Shown here piece by piece: positions 32,216 to 32,746 of a DNA stretch of 32,746 nt. Position 1 is the stretch's first letter. Every line of letters begins with the position of its first letter. The stretch is taken from contig NC_068983.1 of the NCBI RefSeq assembly GCF_001194135.2, forward strand, positions 24,685,535 to 24,718,280, given 5' to 3'. The notes beneath the pieces were generated by a model. That model was not told where the DNA came from and did no database searches. It saw only the letters and a program-made list of their open reading frames with translations. Made by a program: the position numbers and the translations under genes. This stretch comes from Octopus bimaculoides. Its lineage: Eukaryota.

Positions 32216-32670
32216 TACACCGGTGTGGTCACATACTTCCGGTCAATAATCCTTTTCTTCCTTGGCTATCGCCTAGCAAACACGCGAACTTACTTCGTCC
32301 CTACTTTCAAGTTCGTGCCTCACAGCGTTCATACACACATAATTTTTCCCATCTGGCCGTAAAGCCTTTTCTGTTTGTTTTCTTGTCTTGTGTTTTGTCC
32401 TCCACTACATTCCTCCATGGCAAGGTTTAATTTGTGTATACAAATTTAATTTGCGGTCCATGGGAAGAGCCGTTTTAACGATGCGTCCTACCCATCTCTT
32501 TGAAACGCCGGTGTTAAAACGGGGGTAGCTGATGAAGAAGAATGTTCTCTATGTGGCTTGTGTGTTTTCTCGTCTACGTTTTGTTTGCAATGTCCTGTAC
32601 CCAGATATGCACCTATACATACAGGTGGATGTCGGTATGCACATACCTGTACGTATATATGCATATACTC
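32216..32670. mobile_element. Unclassified CpG-richer interspersed element next to the telomere-type repeat
   Basis: Compositionally distinct segment with a palindrome at 32217-32226, a hairpin at 32470-32522, and a run into (TA)n. No coding signal seen. Confidence 0.4.
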
Positions 32671-32686
32671 ATTTACTGTTTGTTTA

Positions 32687-32734
<48 letters not shown>

Positions 32735-32746
32735 TTTATTTATTTA

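Noticed and set aside
32465-32550. Canonical hammerhead from GAAAC (32502) and CTGATGA (32529)
   Set aside because: The motifs are in permuted order and no stem I hairpin closes between them; kept only as part of a low-confidence finding.
19498-32746. Search for downstream exons of the gene
   Set aside because: No convincing phase-1 exon or DAZAP1-like C-terminus was seen; it may lie in gaps or beyond the window.
1-32746. CRISPR array or other prokaryotic systems
   Set aside because: No repeat-spacer periodicity or operon-like coding density; the sequence is eukaryotic intronic DNA.

Overview
AT-rich, microsatellite- and repeat-dense eukaryotic DNA with eight N gaps (5020-5029, 5767-5975, 8386-8767, 10135-10601, 13883-14082, 20225-20891, 26720-27361, 28935-29876). 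The SINE and microsatellite content looks like an octopus (coleoid cephalopod) draft scaffold; this is inference from repeat recognition. The window is almost entirely intronic. Two in-frame + strand exons (14488-15235, 19075-19497) belong to a Musashi/DAZAP1/Hrb27C-type RRM protein: the first starts with the end of an RRM (VECKRAEP), and both encode polyQ/Pro-rich low-complexity sequence. The rest is mobile DNA: four main SINE-like families, a decayed RTE-type LINE, the 3' end of an L1/Tx1-type LINE, a decayed full-length Tc1-like DD37E element with about 200 bp IR/DR-type TIRs, a second Tc1 remnant, and several MITEs and foldbacks. The most interesting observations are (i) a full-length 5S rRNA copy fused through an A-rich linker to a SINE, with the whole unit flanked by one 13-14 bp target-site duplication, and (ii) a tRNA-headed SINE carrying a type I hammerhead-ribozyme fold with two core substitutions. 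Repeat boundaries are read by eye and approximate unless TSD or TIR positions are given.
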